A DNA stretch of 64,000 bases, from NCBI GenBank assembly GCA_029547745.1, contig JAKPOQ010000033.1, forward strand, positions 59,129 through 123,128, in the 5' to 3' direction. Below the pieces are notes generated by a model. It ran no database searches and had not been told where the DNA came from. It was given only the letters and a program-made list of their open reading frames with translations. Position numbers and translations under genes: made by a program. Each line of letters opens with the position of its first letter. The stretch's first letter is position 1. Positions 49,511-58,598 of this stretch are shown here, in pieces. The stretch is from Actinomycetes bacterium. Its GTDB lineage: Bacteria > Actinomycetota > Thermoleophilia > UBA2241.

Positions 49511-49636
49511 GGGAACCTCCACTTGTTGCCACACCTCGATTGTACCGTCAGTACGGTACGGACCGCCACCGTTCCGACCCTGCCGGAACCGCCCGTCGTG
49601 CGGGAAAAACGTATCGCCGCGGCGACGCCCGGAGCG

Positions 49637-51712
49637 TCAGTTCTTCTGCGCCTCCTCGCGCTCCTTCTTCGCCTCGGCGACGACCTTCGGTGTGAGGTGC
49701 GCGGGCACCTCTTCGTAACGCAGGAACTCCATCGTGTAGTCGCCGCGCCCGCCCGTCATCGACGTGAGGTCGGGCGCGTAGCTGAGCATCTCAGCCAGCG
49801 GCACCTCGGCGGTGATGACGTTCGTGTGACCACGCGGCGTCGTGCCGAGCACGCGGCCGCGGCGTGAGTTGAGGTCGCCGATGATGTCGCCCACGCTCTC
49901 TTCGGGGACCGTGATCTCGACGTTCATGATGGGCTCGAGGAGGACCGGCTGGGCCTTCTCGACCGCGGCCTTGAAGCCGACGGAGCCGGCGATCTGGAAG
50001 GCCATGTCGCTCGAGTCGACGGGGTGATGCTTGCCGTCGTAGAGCTTGACCTCGACGTCGACCACGGGGTAGCCGGCGAGGATGCCCTCGGTCATCGCCG
50101 CCCGCACGCCCTTCTCGACGGCCGGGATGAAGTTGCGCGGGATGGCGCCGCCGACGATCTTGTCGACGAACTCGAACCCTTCGCCGCGCGGCCGCGGCGA
50201 CACCTCGAGCCAGGTGTCGGCGAACTGGCCGCGCCCGCCGGTCTGCTTCTTGTGCTTGCCCTCGGCCTTGGCCGTACCCTTGATGGTCTCGCGGTACGGC
50301 ACCCGCGGCGGTTTGAGCTCGACTTCGGTGCCGAAGCGCCGCTTCATGCGCTCGACCGTCACTTCGACATGGACCTGACTCATGCCACCGATGATCATCT
50401 CGCCCGTCTGCGGGTCGCGATGGACGTCGAGCATGGGGTCCTCTTCGGCGAGGCGTTTGAGCGCCGCCAGGACCTTGTCTTCCTCGCCCTTGCTCTTCGC
50501 CGTCACGGCGAAGCTCATGAGCGGGGCCGGGAACGCGATCGCCGGGAAGCTCACCACGTTGCCCTCGGCGCACAGGGTATCGCCGGTGACGACGTCCTTG
50601 AGTTTGGCGATGGCGCCGATGTCGCCGGCGACGAGCTTGTCGACCGGCTTCATCTCTTTGCCCATCGGCTTGAGCAACTGCCCGAGGCGCTCCTTATGAC
50701 CGTCGCGTGCGACCACAAGCTGGCTGTCGCTGGCGACCGTCCCCTGGAAGACGCGAAAGACGTTCACGTGTCCGCTGAACGGATCGGCGAGAGTCTTGAA
50801 GACGAACGCCGCGACAGGCCTCGCCGGGTCGCAGGCCAACGTCACCTCGGCGCCGTCCGGGCCGACGGCGACCGGCGGAGCCACGTCGGCCGGAGACGGC
50901 GTCAGGGCGAGCAGACCGAACAGGAGGTCGACCCCGATCTGGCGCGTCGCCGAGCCGCAGGCCACCGGGAAGAGCTGCCCGCCGGCGACGGCCGCGGCGA
51001 AGGCGCGGGCGAGCTCGTCGGCGGTGATCTCCTCCTCCATCAGGTACTTCTCGGCGAGGTCGTCGTCGGTGCTGGCGATGGCATCGATCAGCTTGTCGCG
51101 CGCCGCCGAGGCCTCGTCGGCCAGCTCTGCCGGGATGTCCGCGACCTGTGCCTTGCCGCTTTCGTACACGAAGGCCTTCATGGTCAGGAGGTCGACGACC
51201 CCCTTCAGATCGTGCTCCCTGCCGATCGGCAGGTGTGCGGCCACGACCTGGGGGCCGAAAGCCTCCTGCAAGGCACTGACGGCGGCTTCGAGATCGGCGC
51301 GTTCGCGATCGAGCATGTTGCAGAAGAACATCCGCGCCAGGCCGCGGTCGGCGGCGCGCTTCCAGAGGCGCTCCGTCTGGACCTCGACCCCAAGCACCGA
51401 GTTGACCACCATGACGGCCGTCTCGACCACGTGCAACGCGGCGATCGTGTCGGCGAGGAAGCTGGGGTCGCCAGGCGTGTCGACGAGGTCGAAGGTGAGT
51501 CCGGCGCGGTCGACGTGGGCGAGGGTAGCGGAGAGACTGAGCTGGCGCTTCTTCTCGTCCTCATCCCAGTCTGACACCGTCGTGCCTTCGGCAACGCTGC
51601 CCAGGCGCGTGATGACACCGGCCTCGTACAACAGCGCCTCGAAGAGCGACGTCTTGCCGGTACCGCGATGTCCCACGAGGGCGACGTTCCTGACCTTGCC
51701 TGGGTCGTTCAT
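49637..51712 (-). CDS. Elongation factor G paralogue (EF-G2 / FusA2-like translational GTPase)
   Basis: 691 aa with a G domain (VGHRGTGKTSLFEAL, DTPGD, NMLD) and EF-G domains II to V; GAGGAG Shine-Dalgarno 9 nt upstream. Confidence 0.88.
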   Translation of the reverse strand: MNDPGKVRNVALVGHRGTGKTSLFEALLYEAGVITRLGSVAEGTTVSDWDEDEKKRQLSLSATLAHVDRAGLTFDLVDTPGDPSFLADTIAALHVVETAVMVVNSVLGVEVQTERLWKRAADRGLARMFFCNMLDRERADLEAAVSALQEAFGPQVVAAHLPIGREHDLKGVVDLLTMKAFVYESGKAQVADIPAELADEASAARDKLIDAIASTDDDLAEKYLMEEEITADELARAFAAAVAGGQLFPVACGSATRQIGVDLLFGLLALTPSPADVAPPVAVGPDGAEVTLACDPARPVAAFVFKTLADPFSGHVNVFRVFQGTVASDSQLVVARDGHKERLGQLLKPMGKEMKPVDKLVAGDIGAIAKLKDVVTGDTLCAEGNVVSFPAIAFPAPLMSFAVTAKSKGEEDKVLAALKRLAEEDPMLDVHRDPQTGEMIIGGMSQVHVEVTVERMKRRFGTEVELKPPRVPYRETIKGTAKAEGKHKKQTGGRGQFADTWLEVSPRPRGEGFEFVDKIVGGAIPRNFIPAVEKGVRAAMTEGILAGYPVVDVEVKLYDGKHHPVDSSDMAFQIAGSVGFKAAVEKAQPVLLEPIMNVEITVPEESVGDIIGDLNSRRGRVLGTTPRGHTNVITAEVPLAEMLSYAPDLTSMTGGRGDYTMEFLRYEEVPAHLTPKVVAEAKKEREEAQKN

Positions 51713-51759
51713 CCGGGTTCTCCTCGATTCGTCTCAGCCGCGGGGTGCACCAAGGCGGG

Positions 51760-51777
51760 CGCGAGCGGCCGCTCGCG
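51760..51777. promoter_or_regulatory. Perfect 18-bp palindrome CGCGAGCGGCCGCTCGCG in the EF-G paralogue promoter/leader (candidate operator)
   Basis: Exact inverted symmetry, centred about 57 nt upstream of the ATG and just downstream of a TGcTAGACT extended -10 box (51794-51799). Confidence 0.5.
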
Positions 51778-51833
51778 TCGTTCGGAAGGATGAAGTCTAG
51801 CACAGGGCGATCGCATGGGAACGGCGCCGAGTC

Positions 51834-51930
51834 GCCGCCTTGAGGCGCCGCAAAGGGAGCATGGCTGAGGCGCCGCGGCGGGGACAGAAGCGGCGCTTCG
51901 TCGCGCGGCGGCGCGGCGCCTCAAGGCGGC
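51834..51930. repeat. 18-bp perfect inverted repeat pair (GCCGCCTTGAGGCGCCGC and GCGGCGCCTCAAGGCGGC) separated by 61 nt; the right arm overlaps the dinB stop
   Basis: Arms at 51834-51851 and 51913-51930 are exact reverse complements; a third partial copy GAGGCGCCGC lies at 51867. Confidence 0.7.
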
Positions 51931-53090
51931 GCAAGCTGCGCCGCCGCCAGGCCCAGCGCCTTGAAGCCGTACTTGCCGCGCACCTGGTCGACGGCCGCGC
52001 CCAGGGCGATCTCGCGCCAGCCCTCGTCGAGGGTGAGCTGGAAGGCGTCGTGGCTGAGGTCGCCGAGGTCCACGCCGACGAGCCTGACCCAGCGCACCCC
52101 GACGTCGACCTCGTCGAGCAGCCCGAGGAGCGTTCGGTACATGGCGGCCGTCGTCGCCGCCGGGCGCGACAGCGTCCGGCGGCGCGTCACCGTATGGAAG
52201 GTGCTGTAGCGAAGTTTGAGGGCGACGCTGCGCGCCGCGAGGCCGTGGCGACGCAGGTCGGCCACGGCGCGATCGGCGAGGCCGAGGAGAGCGGCGCGCA
52301 GCACCTCGAGGTCGTTGGTGTCGACAGCGAACGTGGTCTCGCGGCCGACCGACTTGGGCAGCGGGCGGCGGGCGGTGACCGGCGCGAGACTGCGCCCGAA
52401 GGCGAGCTGGCGCAACCCGTACGCGCCGCGCCCGAACGCCGCCGCAAGGACGGCGAACGGCACGTCCTGGAGCATGCCCACGGTGGTGAGGCCGAGAGCG
52501 GCGAGACGCTCCTCGGTGACCGGGCCGATGCCGTGCAGGGCGCCGACCGGCAACTCGCGCAGGCGGCCGCCGACGTCGGCTTCGCCGAGCTCGCCGATAC
52601 CCGCCGGTTTGTCGAGACTGGCGGCGACCTTGGCAAGCAGCTTCGTGGGCCCGATGCCGATCGAGCAGGTGAGGCCGTGTTCGGCGTACACCCGCTCCTG
52701 GATGCGGCGGGCGATCGCGCGCGGCGGGCCGAACAGGCGGCGGCTGCCGGTGACGTCGAGGTACGCCTCGTCGATCGACGCCACCTCGACCTGGTCGGTG
52801 AAGCTGCGCAGCAAATCGACGAGGCGGTCGTGCACAACGCCGTAGGCCGTGAAGTCGGGCGCCAGGAACGCGCCCTGCGGGCAGAGCCGCTCGGCTTGGC
52901 CGATCGGCATGGCCGTGCGCACGCCGCAGGCGCGCGCCTCGTACGAGCAGGTGGCGACGACGCCGCGACCGCCACGCGACCCGCCGACGATGACGGGCAA
53001 GCCGCGCAGCTCGGGGCGTCGCGCCTGCTCGACCGAGGCGAAGAAGGCGTCCATGTCGACGTGGAGGATGGCCCGGTGCGATACGAACAT
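51921..53090 (-). CDS. dinB: DNA polymerase IV (translesion polymerase DinB)
   Basis: ILHVDMDAFFASVE, SIDEAYLDVT and the Y-family fold. Confidence 0.9.
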   Translation of the reverse strand: MFVSHRAILHVDMDAFFASVEQARRPELRGLPVIVGGSRGGRGVVATCSYEARACGVRTAMPIGQAERLCPQGAFLAPDFTAYGVVHDRLVDLLRSFTDQVEVASIDEAYLDVTGSRRLFGPPRAIARRIQERVYAEHGLTCSIGIGPTKLLAKVAASLDKPAGIGELGEADVGGRLRELPVGALHGIGPVTEERLAALGLTTVGMLQDVPFAVLAAAFGRGAYGLRQLAFGRSLAPVTARRPLPKSVGRETTFAVDTNDLEVLRAALLGLADRAVADLRRHGLAARSVALKLRYSTFHTVTRRRTLSRPAATTAAMYRTLLGLLDEVDVGVRWVRLVGVDLGDLSHDAFQLTLDEGWREIALGAAVDQVRGKYGFKALGLAAAQLAPP

Positions 53091-53097
53091 ACGTTCG
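53084..53097. promoter_or_regulatory. LexA (SOS/Cheo) box CGAACATACGTTCG overlapping the dinB start codon
   Basis: Exact match to the Gram-positive/actinobacterial LexA consensus CGAAC-N4-GTTCG; the dinB ATG (53088-53090) lies inside the box. Confidence 0.75.
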
Positions 53098-53156
53098 TAT
53101 GATACCGGGCCCCACCGCCGATGGTCAACGTCTCGGACGGGCGACGTGCCCCCGCG

Positions 53157-53426
53157 TCAGTCGCCGGCGTCGAACGGGACGCGCGGCACGTCGCCCCACA
53201 GGTTCTCGAGGCGGTAGAACTCGCGCGCCGCCGGCGTGAACACGTGGACGACGACGTCGAGGTAGTCGAGCAGGATCCAGTCGCCGTCGCGCTCGCCCTC
53301 GATGCGCGCCGGCCGCAGACGGTGGCGCAGACGCGTCAGGATCTCGTCGACGATGGCCCTGGTCTGACGCGTGGTCGCGCCGGTGGCGATGACGAAGTAG
53401 TCGGTGTAGGTGACGGCGGCGGCCAT
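53157..53426 (-). CDS. rsfS: Ribosome silencing factor RsfS (Iojap); the conserved N-terminus extends upstream to 53525 without a canonical start
   Basis: TDYFVIATGATTRQTRAIVDEI...WILLDYLDVVVHVF is the RsfS core. The 33 codons upstream of the first ATG encode VSDAPDAQALRDLALEIAGFAAGKKAKDVVVLE, which aligns with RsfS N-termini. That frame opens with GTA at 53525, overlapping the upstream TAA stop as GTAA. Confidence 0.75.
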   Translation of the reverse strand: MAAAVTYTDYFVIATGATTRQTRAIVDEILTRLRHRLRPARIEGERDGDWILLDYLDVVVHVFTPAAREFYRLENLWGDVPRVPFDAGD

Positions 53427-53521
53427 CTCGAGGACGACGACGTCCTTGGCCTTCTTCCCCGCCGCGAACCCGGCGATCTCGAGCGCCAGGTCGCGCAGAG
53501 CCTGCGCATCCGGTGCGTCGC

Positions 53522-54667
53522 TTACTGCAGGTCCTTTGCCGTCAGGTCTTTGCCGACGATGACGACGACGGTCGTCGGCCCCAGCCCGTCGCCCTCGAGG
53601 ACGACGCCGCGACCGAGTATAGCACGCACCTCCCCGGCCACCTGGAGCGCCTCGGCGCCCGCCAGGATCTGCGTCTTGCGGTAGTCGAACGAGTCCGCGT
53701 TCCCCGTCTCGGGGAGCTCGACGTCGAGCGTCGCCAGACGCTCGACGACGAGCTCCCCGATGCCCAGCTCCCCGCTCCCGTTGCGCACGAGGACGGTGAA
53801 CGGGGCCGAGAAACCCGGCGCGCGACGCGTGATCTCGGCCATGATCCTCTCCCGGTCCGGCCGATAGACGAACTGTCCCAACGCCGTCCTGCCGATCGAA
53901 GGAAGCCGTTCCACATCGGGGTCACCGGCCGTCGCCGTGGTCAGGACCTGACGCAGGTAGCGGCGTTCCGAGCCACGAGCGGCGCCGGCGACGGACGTGA
54001 TCAGCCGCGAGCGCTCGGCCTCGGGCTGCAGGGCGGCCGCGGCGAGGACGGCGCGCACGAGGGCCTCCTGCATGGCCGCCTCGTCGGCGCCGTCCTCGCC
54101 AGTCGCCGCCAACAGCTCGCCGATCTGCTCGCGCGGTACCGCGAACCGCCCCTTGTACTCCTGCAAGACCCCACCCACCTCGAGCTGGACGGGATGCTCG
54201 AGCTTCACCCACAGCTTGGCGCTCGTCACCAGACGCTCGAGATCGGCGTAGGCGAGCGTGTACTGGAGGTCGATGCGCGCCCCGAGCAACCGCTCCAGGT
54301 CGTCCGCCAGCTCGCCGGCGGCGAGCATGTCGCCGGCGAGGACGTACTCGCCGCCCTCCCGCTCCAGGAGCAGGACCCGCGGCACCGTGTACAGGCTCAC
54401 GCTGCCGTCGTCGGCGTCGCGCAGGGCGAGCACGGCGCCGGGCTGGCCTTCGCCGGCCTGGCCGAGGGAGATCAGGGCGAGGTAGCCGGCGCGCGGTTGC
54501 GGCTCTCCCTCGCCCAGGATCCAGCCCGCGAGCCGGCCGGCGCCGGCCACTGCCGCGAACGCCACGAACACCGCCAGCGCCACGAGGAACACGACCTGTC
54601 GCCGCTGGACCACGCGTTCGCGACGGCGTCGCAGCCGTCCCACTCGGTAGCCTTCAGCGCGCGCCAT
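53522..54667 (-). CDS. LytR_C (cell envelope-related transcriptional attenuator C-terminal) domain membrane protein
   Basis: N-terminal transmembrane segment and a C-terminal LytR_C-like domain (FTVLVRNGSGELGIGELVVERLATLDVEL...VVIVGKDL). Confidence 0.6.
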   Translation of the reverse strand: MARAEGYRVGRLRRRRERVVQRRQVVFLVALAVFVAFAAVAGAGRLAGWILGEGEPQPRAGYLALISLGQAGEGQPGAVLALRDADDGSVSLYTVPRVLLLEREGGEYVLAGDMLAAGELADDLERLLGARIDLQYTLAYADLERLVTSAKLWVKLEHPVQLEVGGVLQEYKGRFAVPREQIGELLAATGEDGADEAAMQEALVRAVLAAAALQPEAERSRLITSVAGAARGSERRYLRQVLTTATAGDPDVERLPSIGRTALGQFVYRPDRERIMAEITRRAPGFSAPFTVLVRNGSGELGIGELVVERLATLDVELPETGNADSFDYRKTQILAGAEALQVAGEVRAILGRGVVLEGDGLGPTTVVVIVGKDLTAKDLQ

Positions 54668-55235
54668 ACTGTTCGTTGTAGAGGTCCACCGCGCCGGGGT
54701 GCACGCCGCGGGCGCGGCCGATGACGTCGAGCAACGTCAGGCGAGCGGCTGCGCCGGCCGCCCTGTCGATGTCCGTCACGGCCAGCCGGCGCACGTCCTG
54801 CAGTCCGTCGAACGCGCGCGCCGGCTCGCAGAAGTCGGCCACATAGAGGCACTTCGCCAAGGTGTCCATGCCGGCGGCGCCGACGGTGTGCAGCGCGATC
54901 GCCCGCGCCAGCCGCTCGTCGAGCCCCGCGGCGCGCAGCTCGGCGGCCGCCACCGGAGCATGCAGGAGACCGACGGGATGGCGACGCTCGAGGGGGCCGA
55001 CCGGGACGCCGAGACGCGCGGCAGCGCGCAGGATCTCGTCGTCCGACAGGTCGCGGCATATGTCGTGGAGCCAGCCGACCGTGCGCGCCTCGTCCTCCGA
55101 CGCTCCGTGGACGGCAGCGTACTTGGCGGCGAGCTCCGCGACGCGCCGGGAGTGCTCGAAGCGCCTGCGTCCAAGACGGGCGGCGGCGCGCGCCCGCGCC
55201 TCCGCGGGATCGATGGTGCCGATGGTGTCGCTCAC
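54654..55235 (-). CDS. yqeK: HD-domain bis(5'-nucleosyl)-tetraphosphatase YqeK
   Basis: RFEHSRRVAELA...HDICRDL HD motif, positioned after nadD as in Firmicutes; GTG start at 55235 with a GTGA overlap with the nadD stop. Confidence 0.85.
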   Translation of the reverse strand: MSDTIGTIDPAEARARAAARLGRRRFEHSRRVAELAAKYAAVHGASEDEARTVGWLHDICRDLSDDEILRAAARLGVPVGPLERRHPVGLLHAPVAAAELRAAGLDERLARAIALHTVGAAGMDTLAKCLYVADFCEPARAFDGLQDVRRLAVTDIDRAAGAAARLTLLDVIGRARGVHPGAVDLYNEQYGAR

Positions 55236-55840
55236 GTCATCTTGTATAGACGACGCGCCGTGACGAAGTCCTCCACCGGGCGGGGAACGAGGTAGCGGAT
55301 GGGCGCGTCCCTGCGCACCCGGTTGCGGATGTCGCGTGATGAGATGTCGGTCATGGCCGTCTTGACTACGATCGCCGCGCCGCGCCCCAGACCGCGAGCG
55401 ACGGCCTCGACCTCGCGTTCGTCGTCGCCGGGGCGGAGGGCGACGGCGAGACGGCACAGCGACAGGATGGCCTCGGGCTCGTGCCACGCGTCGAACTGCA
55501 GGAGCGAGTCGGAGCCCATGATGAAGTACAGCTCGCAGCCCTCGTACTGTCGGCTGATCGCCGACACCGTGTCGAGGGTGTAGACGAGGCCGCGCTCGAT
55601 CTCGACGGCGGAGACCTCGAAGCGTGGATCGCCCGCGACGGCCAGGCGCGTCATCTCGAGCCGGACCGGGGCGGGTGTCCCCTCGTCGATCGCCTTGTGC
55701 GGCGGACGAGCGGCGGGGACGAACAGCACCTTCTCGAGGTCGAGGCAGGCGTGCACGTCGGAGGCGATGAGCAGGTGTCCGAGGTGCGGCGGGTCGAAGC
55801 TGCCCCCGAGGACGCCGAGGCGCCACGACCCGTCGCCCAT
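55232..55840 (-). CDS. nadD: Nicotinate-nucleotide adenylyltransferase
   Basis: GVLGGSFDPPHLGHL (HxGH), ISSRDIRNR. Confidence 0.9.
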   Translation of the reverse strand: MGDGSWRLGVLGGSFDPPHLGHLLIASDVHACLDLEKVLFVPAARPPHKAIDEGTPAPVRLEMTRLAVAGDPRFEVSAVEIERGLVYTLDTVSAISRQYEGCELYFIMGSDSLLQFDAWHEPEAILSLCRLAVALRPGDDEREVEAVARGLGRGAAIVVKTAMTDISSRDIRNRVRRDAPIRYLVPRPVEDFVTARRLYKMT

Positions 55841-55844
55841 GGCC

Positions 55845-57092
55845 TTAGCCCCTGATCTGGCCGTCGCCCCAGAGCTCGTACTTCACGGAGGTGAGCTCTT
55901 CAAGAGCGATCGGCCCCCGGGCATGCAGTTTCTGCGTCGAGATGCCGAGCTCGGCGCCGAGACCGAACTGCCCCCCGTCCGTGAAGCGCGTCGAGGCGTT
56001 GACGTAGACGCAGGCGGCATCGACCTCGCGCATGAAGCGGCGCGCCGCCGTGGCATCCTCGGTGACGATGGCCTCGGAATGACCGGTGCCGAAGGTAGCG
56101 ATGTGATCGAGAGCCTCATCCAGGGAGTCGACGACCCGGATGGCCATGCGCAGGTCGAGGAACTCGGTCTCGAAGTGTGTGCGGCTGGCCCGCTTCGACG
56201 GGATGTCGCCGAGCGCCTGCGCGGCGGCCTTGTCGGCGTAGAGCTCGACTCCCTTGCGGTGAAGCTCGGCGCCGACGTCCGGCAAAAACGCCGACGCCAC
56301 GTCACGGTGCACGAGCAGAGTCTCGGCCGCGTTGCAGACCCCGGGACGCTGGACCTTGGCGTTGAGCGTGATGCGCGCCGCCTTCTCGAGGTCGGCGGCC
56401 GCGTCGACGTAAACGTGGCAGTTGCCACCGGCGGCCCACACGACCGGCACCTTGGCGTGGTCGAGCACGTACCGCCGGAGCTCGGCCCCCCCACGGGGGA
56501 CGAGGAGATCGACGGACTGCCACTGCACCACGAGCTCGTCGAGCTCGGCGCGGTCCGAACCGAGGAAAGCGATCGCCTCCTTTGGCAGCCCGGATGCGAT
56601 GACGGCCCCCTGCACGGCCTCGGCGAGGATACGGTTAGAGTGCTTCGCCGCGCTGCCGCCGCGGAGGACGACGGCGTTGCCGGTCTTGAGGCAGAGGGCG
56701 GCCGCGTCGACTGTGACGTTGGGCCGCGCTTCGTAGATCACGGCGACCACGCCGAGGGGCACGCGGACCCGGCGCAGGTCGACGCCGTTGGCGAGCTTCC
56801 ACCCGTCGACGACTTGCCCTACCGGATCCGCCAGAGCCGCCACGCCACGTACGGCGGCCACCATGTCGCGGATGCGGTCCTCGTCGAGCAGGAGACGGTC
56901 GATGAGGGCGTCCGGGAGCCGGTTGGCACGCGCCAGGCGTACGTCCTCCTCGTTCTCGCGCACGATCTCGCCGGCACGCCGCTCGAGAGCCTCGGCGATG
57001 GCCCCGAGGATCGCGTCCTTGCGCTCCCGGGGAAGCGCCCCGAGCACGCGGGCCGCGCGCCGCGCCGACCGACAGACGTCTTCGACGCTCAT
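55845..57092 (-). CDS. proA: Gamma-glutamyl phosphate reductase
   Basis: 415 aa ALDH-like ProA (catalytic Cys in VCNAAETLLV); AAGGAAGG Shine-Dalgarno 8 nt upstream. Confidence 0.92.
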   Translation of the reverse strand: MSVEDVCRSARRAARVLGALPRERKDAILGAIAEALERRAGEIVRENEEDVRLARANRLPDALIDRLLLDEDRIRDMVAAVRGVAALADPVGQVVDGWKLANGVDLRRVRVPLGVVAVIYEARPNVTVDAAALCLKTGNAVVLRGGSAAKHSNRILAEAVQGAVIASGLPKEAIAFLGSDRAELDELVVQWQSVDLLVPRGGAELRRYVLDHAKVPVVWAAGGNCHVYVDAAADLEKAARITLNAKVQRPGVCNAAETLLVHRDVASAFLPDVGAELHRKGVELYADKAAAQALGDIPSKRASRTHFETEFLDLRMAIRVVDSLDEALDHIATFGTGHSEAIVTEDATAARRFMREVDAACVYVNASTRFTDGGQFGLGAELGISTQKLHARGPIALEELTSVKYELWGDGQIRG

Positions 57093-57242
57093 GGCACTAC
57101 CTTCCTTGTTGCTGCTTGTGCACGGCAGGAGGTTGACACAGGGCGTCTCATGCCGCCTCCTCGTCGCCTCGCGCCATGGCTCGGCGCTCTCCCGGGAAGC
57201 GTACCACGGGCCCACGACGCCCTGCCGTGTAGGCCCCCGCGC

Positions 57243-57258
57243 GGGGCGAGCCCGCCCC
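57243..57258 (-). terminator. GC-rich hairpin (GGGGCG-loop-CGCCCC) 10 nt downstream of the obg stop; possible rho-independent terminator without a U-tract
   Basis: GGGGCGAGCCCGCCCC on the plus strand has a perfect 6-bp stem and 4-nt loop; no T-run follows. Confidence 0.3.
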
Positions 57259-57267
57259 CTCCCCGCC

Positions 57268-58560
57268 TCACGCGAACTCCAGCGTCGTCTCGCCGACGAG
57301 CACCGTGTCTCCCGGCACCGCCCCGGCCCGACGCAGGGCCTCGTCGACCCCGGCACGGGCGATGACCTCTTGCAGGTAGGCGACCGCCTCCTCGTTGTCG
57401 AGGTCGGTCTTCGCCACCAGCCGCTCGAGGGCGGCGCCCGAGATCCGGAACGCGCCAGCCTCACGCGCCACAGTGAAGCTCTCGAGGCGGTCCTGCCCGG
57501 GGCGCAGGACGACGGGCGCCGCGGAGGCGGCCGCGGCGGCAGAAGCCGCCGCGGCCGCCTCCGCGGCGCGCACGTCCCTCACGAGCCTCGCCATGCGGCC
57601 GGTCAGCGCCTCGAGGCCGTCACCGCGGATCGCGGAGACGGCGACGACCGCGTCCGGCCAACCAAGCTCGGCGACGGCCGCGACCGCGACCTCGATCTCG
57701 GCAGGGTCGAGAAGATCAGCCTTGTTCAGGGCGACGACCGCCGGTCGCGCGGCGAGGCCCTCGCGGAACGCGGCGAGCTCGCCGCGCACCGTATGCAGCG
57801 CGTCCAGCACGACCTCAGTCCCGGGTCCGGCGTCCACGACGTAGACCAGCGCGGCCGTGCGTTCGACATGCGCCAGAAAGCGGTCGCCGAGACCGGCGCC
57901 GTCACTGGCGCCCTCGATGAGTCCGGGGACGTCGGCGACGACGATGGGGCTACCGTCCGCTTCGATGACCCCGAGGTTGGGCTCGATCGTCGTGAACGGG
58001 TAGGCGGCGATCCTCGGTCGGGCCCGCGTGAGCGCCGCCAGCAGCGACGACTTACCCGCGTTCGGCAGGCCGACGAGACCCACATCGGCCAGCAGCTTCA
58101 TGCGCAGGTCGAGCCAGCGTTCGTCCCCCGCCAGCCCGCGCTCGGCGAAACGCGGCGCCTGGCGCGTCGAGCTCTTGAAGCACGCGTTCCCGCGCCCGCC
58201 CTCACCGCCGCGGGCGACGACCAGGCGCTGCCCCTCGACCGTCAGGTCGCCGAGCAGCGCGCCGTCGTCGCCCGCGACCTGCGTCCCAACGGGCACCGGG
58301 ACGATGAGGTCTTTGCCGGCCGCACCGTGGCGCTGCGACCCGCGGCCGTGGCCGCCGGCGGCAGCGCGCAGGTGCGGCCGCCGGCACAAGGTCTCCAGGT
58401 CGCGGACCTGGCGCGTCGCCACGAGAATCACGTCACCGCCGCGACCGCCGTCGCCGCCATCCGGACCGCCTCGCGGGACGTACTTCTCGCGCCGGAAGCT
58501 CACACAGCCGTCACCGCCGCGTCCGGCGCGCACACAGATCCTGACCCGATCGGCGAGCAT
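57268..58560 (-). CDS. obg: GTPase Obg/CgtA
   Basis: Obg fold N-terminus with glycine-rich repeats, G domain ([24 protein letters not shown]) and a C-terminal OCT domain. Confidence 0.93.
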   Translation of the reverse strand: MLADRVRICVRAGRGGDGCVSFRREKYVPRGGPDGGDGGRGGDVILVATRQVRDLETLCRRPHLRAAAGGHGRGSQRHGAAGKDLIVPVPVGTQVAGDDGALLGDLTVEGQRLVVARGGEGGRGNACFKSSTRQAPRFAERGLAGDERWLDLRMKLLADVGLVGLPNAGKSSLLAALTRARPRIAAYPFTTIEPNLGVIEADGSPIVVADVPGLIEGASDGAGLGDRFLAHVERTAALVYVVDAGPGTEVVLDALHTVRGELAAFREGLAARPAVVALNKADLLDPAEIEVAVAAVAELGWPDAVVAVSAIRGDGLEALTGRMARLVRDVRAAEAAAAASAAAAASAAPVVLRPGQDRLESFTVAREAGAFRISGAALERLVAKTDLDNEEAVAYLQEVIARAGVDEALRRAGAVPGDTVLVGETTLEFA

Positions 58561-58598
58561 GACGTGAGGCGAGGGCCCGGCGGAACGCCGGGACCCGG

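Noticed and set aside
57093-57267. Degenerate proB remnant between obg and proA
   Set aside because: The gap is only 175 nt and its translations show no glutamate-5-kinase similarity, so proB is simply absent here.
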